A DNA stretch of 64,000 nt from assembly GCA_964016885.1 (NCBI GenBank), contig OZ024740.1:344906001-344970000 (forward strand). Direction: 5' to 3'. The stretch comes from Eledone cirrhosa. Lineage: Eukaryota. A program made the position numbers and the translations under genes. The notes under the pieces are model-generated. The model was not told where the DNA came from, did no database searches, and saw nothing but the letters and a program-made list of their open reading frames with translations. This document shows, one piece after another, positions 61,212 through 64,000 of the stretch. Each line of letters opens with the position of its first letter. Position 1 is the first letter of the stretch.

Positions 61212-61552
61212 AATAATTGTCTCTACTTTTGGCGCAAGGCCAGCAATTATCCTAGTGCATGACTGGTACTTTATTTTATCGACCCCGTAAGGAGGAAAAG
61301 CTAAGTTAACCTCGACGGGATTTGAACCCAGACCGTAAATGGTTGTAACTATTTTTGCAAAGCATGGCGTCCGACAATTTACTCATACTGCCAATCCACC
61401 GCTATTAATCCATAAATAATTGTTTCTACTCTTGCTACAAGGCCAGCAATTACTCCAGTGCATTACTGGTACTTGATTTAATCAACGCAGTAATGATGAA
61501 AGGCAAAGTTTACACCAGCGGGATTAGAACTCAGACCATAAAGGAAAGTAAT
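61212..61552 (-). mobile_element. Two tandem SINE copies
   Basis: 61212-61402 and 61415-61552, both reverse complement of the consensus. Confidence 0.8.
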
Positions 61553-62137
61553 TCTATTCCACTTAAGCAAATATCAGATATGATATCGAAAACAAGTTGG
61601 GAAATTGATGGAGTGGATAACATGATAAAATGAATGTAGATAAAGGTGTATTCATAAAAACAATTTAATTTGAATTTTGTTTAATCTGGATGCATAAAAT
61701 CTATGTAGCAATCGTATGTAATACTTCCTGTTTTTATTCTAGTGTTAGCTTGTTTCACGGATGTGCTCATATCGATAGCGTTTCAAATTGTGTTGCAGAC
61801 GCCGAAAAAAATGCATTTACCAATACATGCATATATGTATATGTATGAAATTTGCAATGTGTTCATTCCAATGACGATAATAATAATCGATCACTATGAA
61901 TATTTCGCAAAATTGAAGAAACAGTCATACAGGTGGCTTTTTAGATGCGGCCAGCCGGCATCTGAAAGATTTCTCGCGAGGATTTCTGTTCACTTTTCGT
62001 ATCGTCTCCAGTGCACTTCACCCGATTTACTTATCATTTATCTTTATCGAGTATTACTATGGATATTTGTGTTAGAACGCATACACTTAACATTTTAAAT
62101 GTTCTCGGTCCTTCTGTAGTTAACTGTTCAAAGTATA

Positions 62138-62239
<102 letters not shown>

Positions 62240-62769
62240 TAAACGGAATAGAAAATGCTGACAAATTGTTCACAGTGAAAAATGGTTTAATTAGGAATAA
62301 ATGAGAATTAGTAATTGTATTGGTTAGTATTCAGTTTTGGTTTTAAGTTTTCCCGGTTGCGCATTTCTAAATGCTTTTCAAAAATAATTTTATGTTCTAT
62401 TGAGATAGCTGATGTTCTATTAAAAATAATTTTGATGTTCTATTGAATAGCTGATGTTCTATTGAGAGAATCGATTTTACTGAAAATATCGAATAATGTA
62501 GATATTTTACCAGGGAAAAAAATACTGGTCCACCCACACACACATACACACACATTCTCACACATACACACACACACACATATACACACACACATACACT
62601 CGCGTACATTAAAATACAAAGAGACTTACACACACACACACACACACACACGTCTCCGTACAAGACAAGAGCTGAAAAATATATTTTAACATGTTAAAAT
62701 ATCCCTCACTCACTTTCAGACACATTCCTACTGACCATCCTTCTACCACGAATTACACTGCTATACACA

Positions 62770-62861
<92 letters not shown>

Positions 62862-63260
62862 TCTTAATAGGCATTTGAACTGTCAACAGGCTGCGGTTCG
62901 CACACTCATCCCTGCTAACTATTATCACAACAACGAACACTTTACTACTACTACTACACACACACACATATACACATATATATTTGTTGTGAAAGAGTCA
63001 TTTCTCAGTCTTGGCGCAAAATCAATTTTTTACATTCACATGACCTCTACCGACCTATCAAAATTGTTTTGACCACAAGAATTTTTGCAACACGAATTGG
63101 CGCAAAAACCTATTTTAATAGCGCTGGAGCCACTTTTTTAACATAAAAACAGGTAGAATTCCTAAAACTAATCAGATCAGAGCAAACATCACGGACGCTC
63201 TATCTCAAAATTATTTTTGAAAAGCATTTAGAAATGCGCAACCGGTAAAACTTAAAACCT
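62240..63260. repeat. Two inverted fragments (62240-62400 and 63168-63260) of the 36.7-kb palindrome family, each with the GCAA HHR-like motif
   Basis: 62348-62385 (-) and 63214-63250 (+): ttt-TTGAAAA-gcattt/ag/aaatgc-GCAA-ccgg-TA-aaa. Confidence 0.7.
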
Positions 63261-64000
63261 ATCGAATTGATTCTAATTCGTTCAAATTCAATAATGTGTT
63301 GGCTGATATATTTTAATAATGTTTGAACGCTGCATAATTTCATGACTTCATATGTAGCGTTGCCTTCCTTCCGTTACTTCCTGGGTGTTTCACTGGATTA
63401 AAGGCAGCGAAACTTTACGTTTGTGAATACCTGCTCGTACAAATAAAGGCATTTAAAACCATTGTCTAAATAATGGTACTTGCTAATATGAAACCCTCGT
63501 TTGTGATTTACATCCGTAACGTTTAGATTACCTAAATGTAACAGCTTCGGAGGGATATTGAACCAATTGAATTGATACCATCACCTTCTCTATGTAGCAT
63601 AAACGTATTGTTGATAGTTGAAATACGAGTTCTCTGTATCTCATGGTTCAATATCCACACTAATAGATACTTAACAATTGGAGTCGTGTCATTCATTTAT
63701 CACTTAATTCCAAAATGAAATTCAGTTCCTTTATCTAAGCAATGACTTCTTAAATCAAGCATTGTTTACGCTATTACTAAGTAAAATGAATGTATACAGG
63801 ATACACATCGAGAATACACTTAGTGAATCTAGAAGGTTTGACCTTTGAGCATGTTGATTGTCAGACCGAAGCGTTCATACGCATTTCTGACGTTGATAAC
63901 TGACACATGTATTTCTACGGGTGAATAAGCTGACGAGACACTGTCGTCAATCATATTGATGTTCAGCGATAAGAGACGTGTTAGTCAGTCTTCTTCTTCT

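Overview
Eukaryotic, very AT-rich, microsatellite-saturated repeat DNA. It is most likely from an octopus or other coleoid cephalopod, judged from the recurrent tRNA-type SINE family and the repeat landscape (inference). No host gene or exon could be supported, and nearly all ORFs in the supplied track are microsatellite artefacts. Recognisable coding remnants are all transposons: a Penelope-like element (PLE; RT + GIY-YIG, 38.1-40.4 kb), an RTE/BovB LINE, CR1-group LINE pieces, an R4-like LINE piece, and hAT-like, Tc1/mariner and piggyBac transposase relics. There is also a ~3-kb segmental duplication and about 10 SINE copies. The main hidden signal is RNA structure. Manual folding finds about 20 type-I hammerhead ribozyme (HHR) motifs in about 8 unrelated sequence families, mostly minimal HHRs with a palindromic helix III, nearly all in short non-coding modules embedded in (TA)n tracts. 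Many of these modules are fold-back palindromes. Highlights are a 541-nt tandem HHR array resembling a retrozyme (58.2-59.6 kb), a 4.2-kb palindrome with an HHR at each end, U3-A8 and GCAA core variants, and one (TA)n site hit independently by two different PLE-type inserts. All ribozyme calls come from folding by eye; none is tested.
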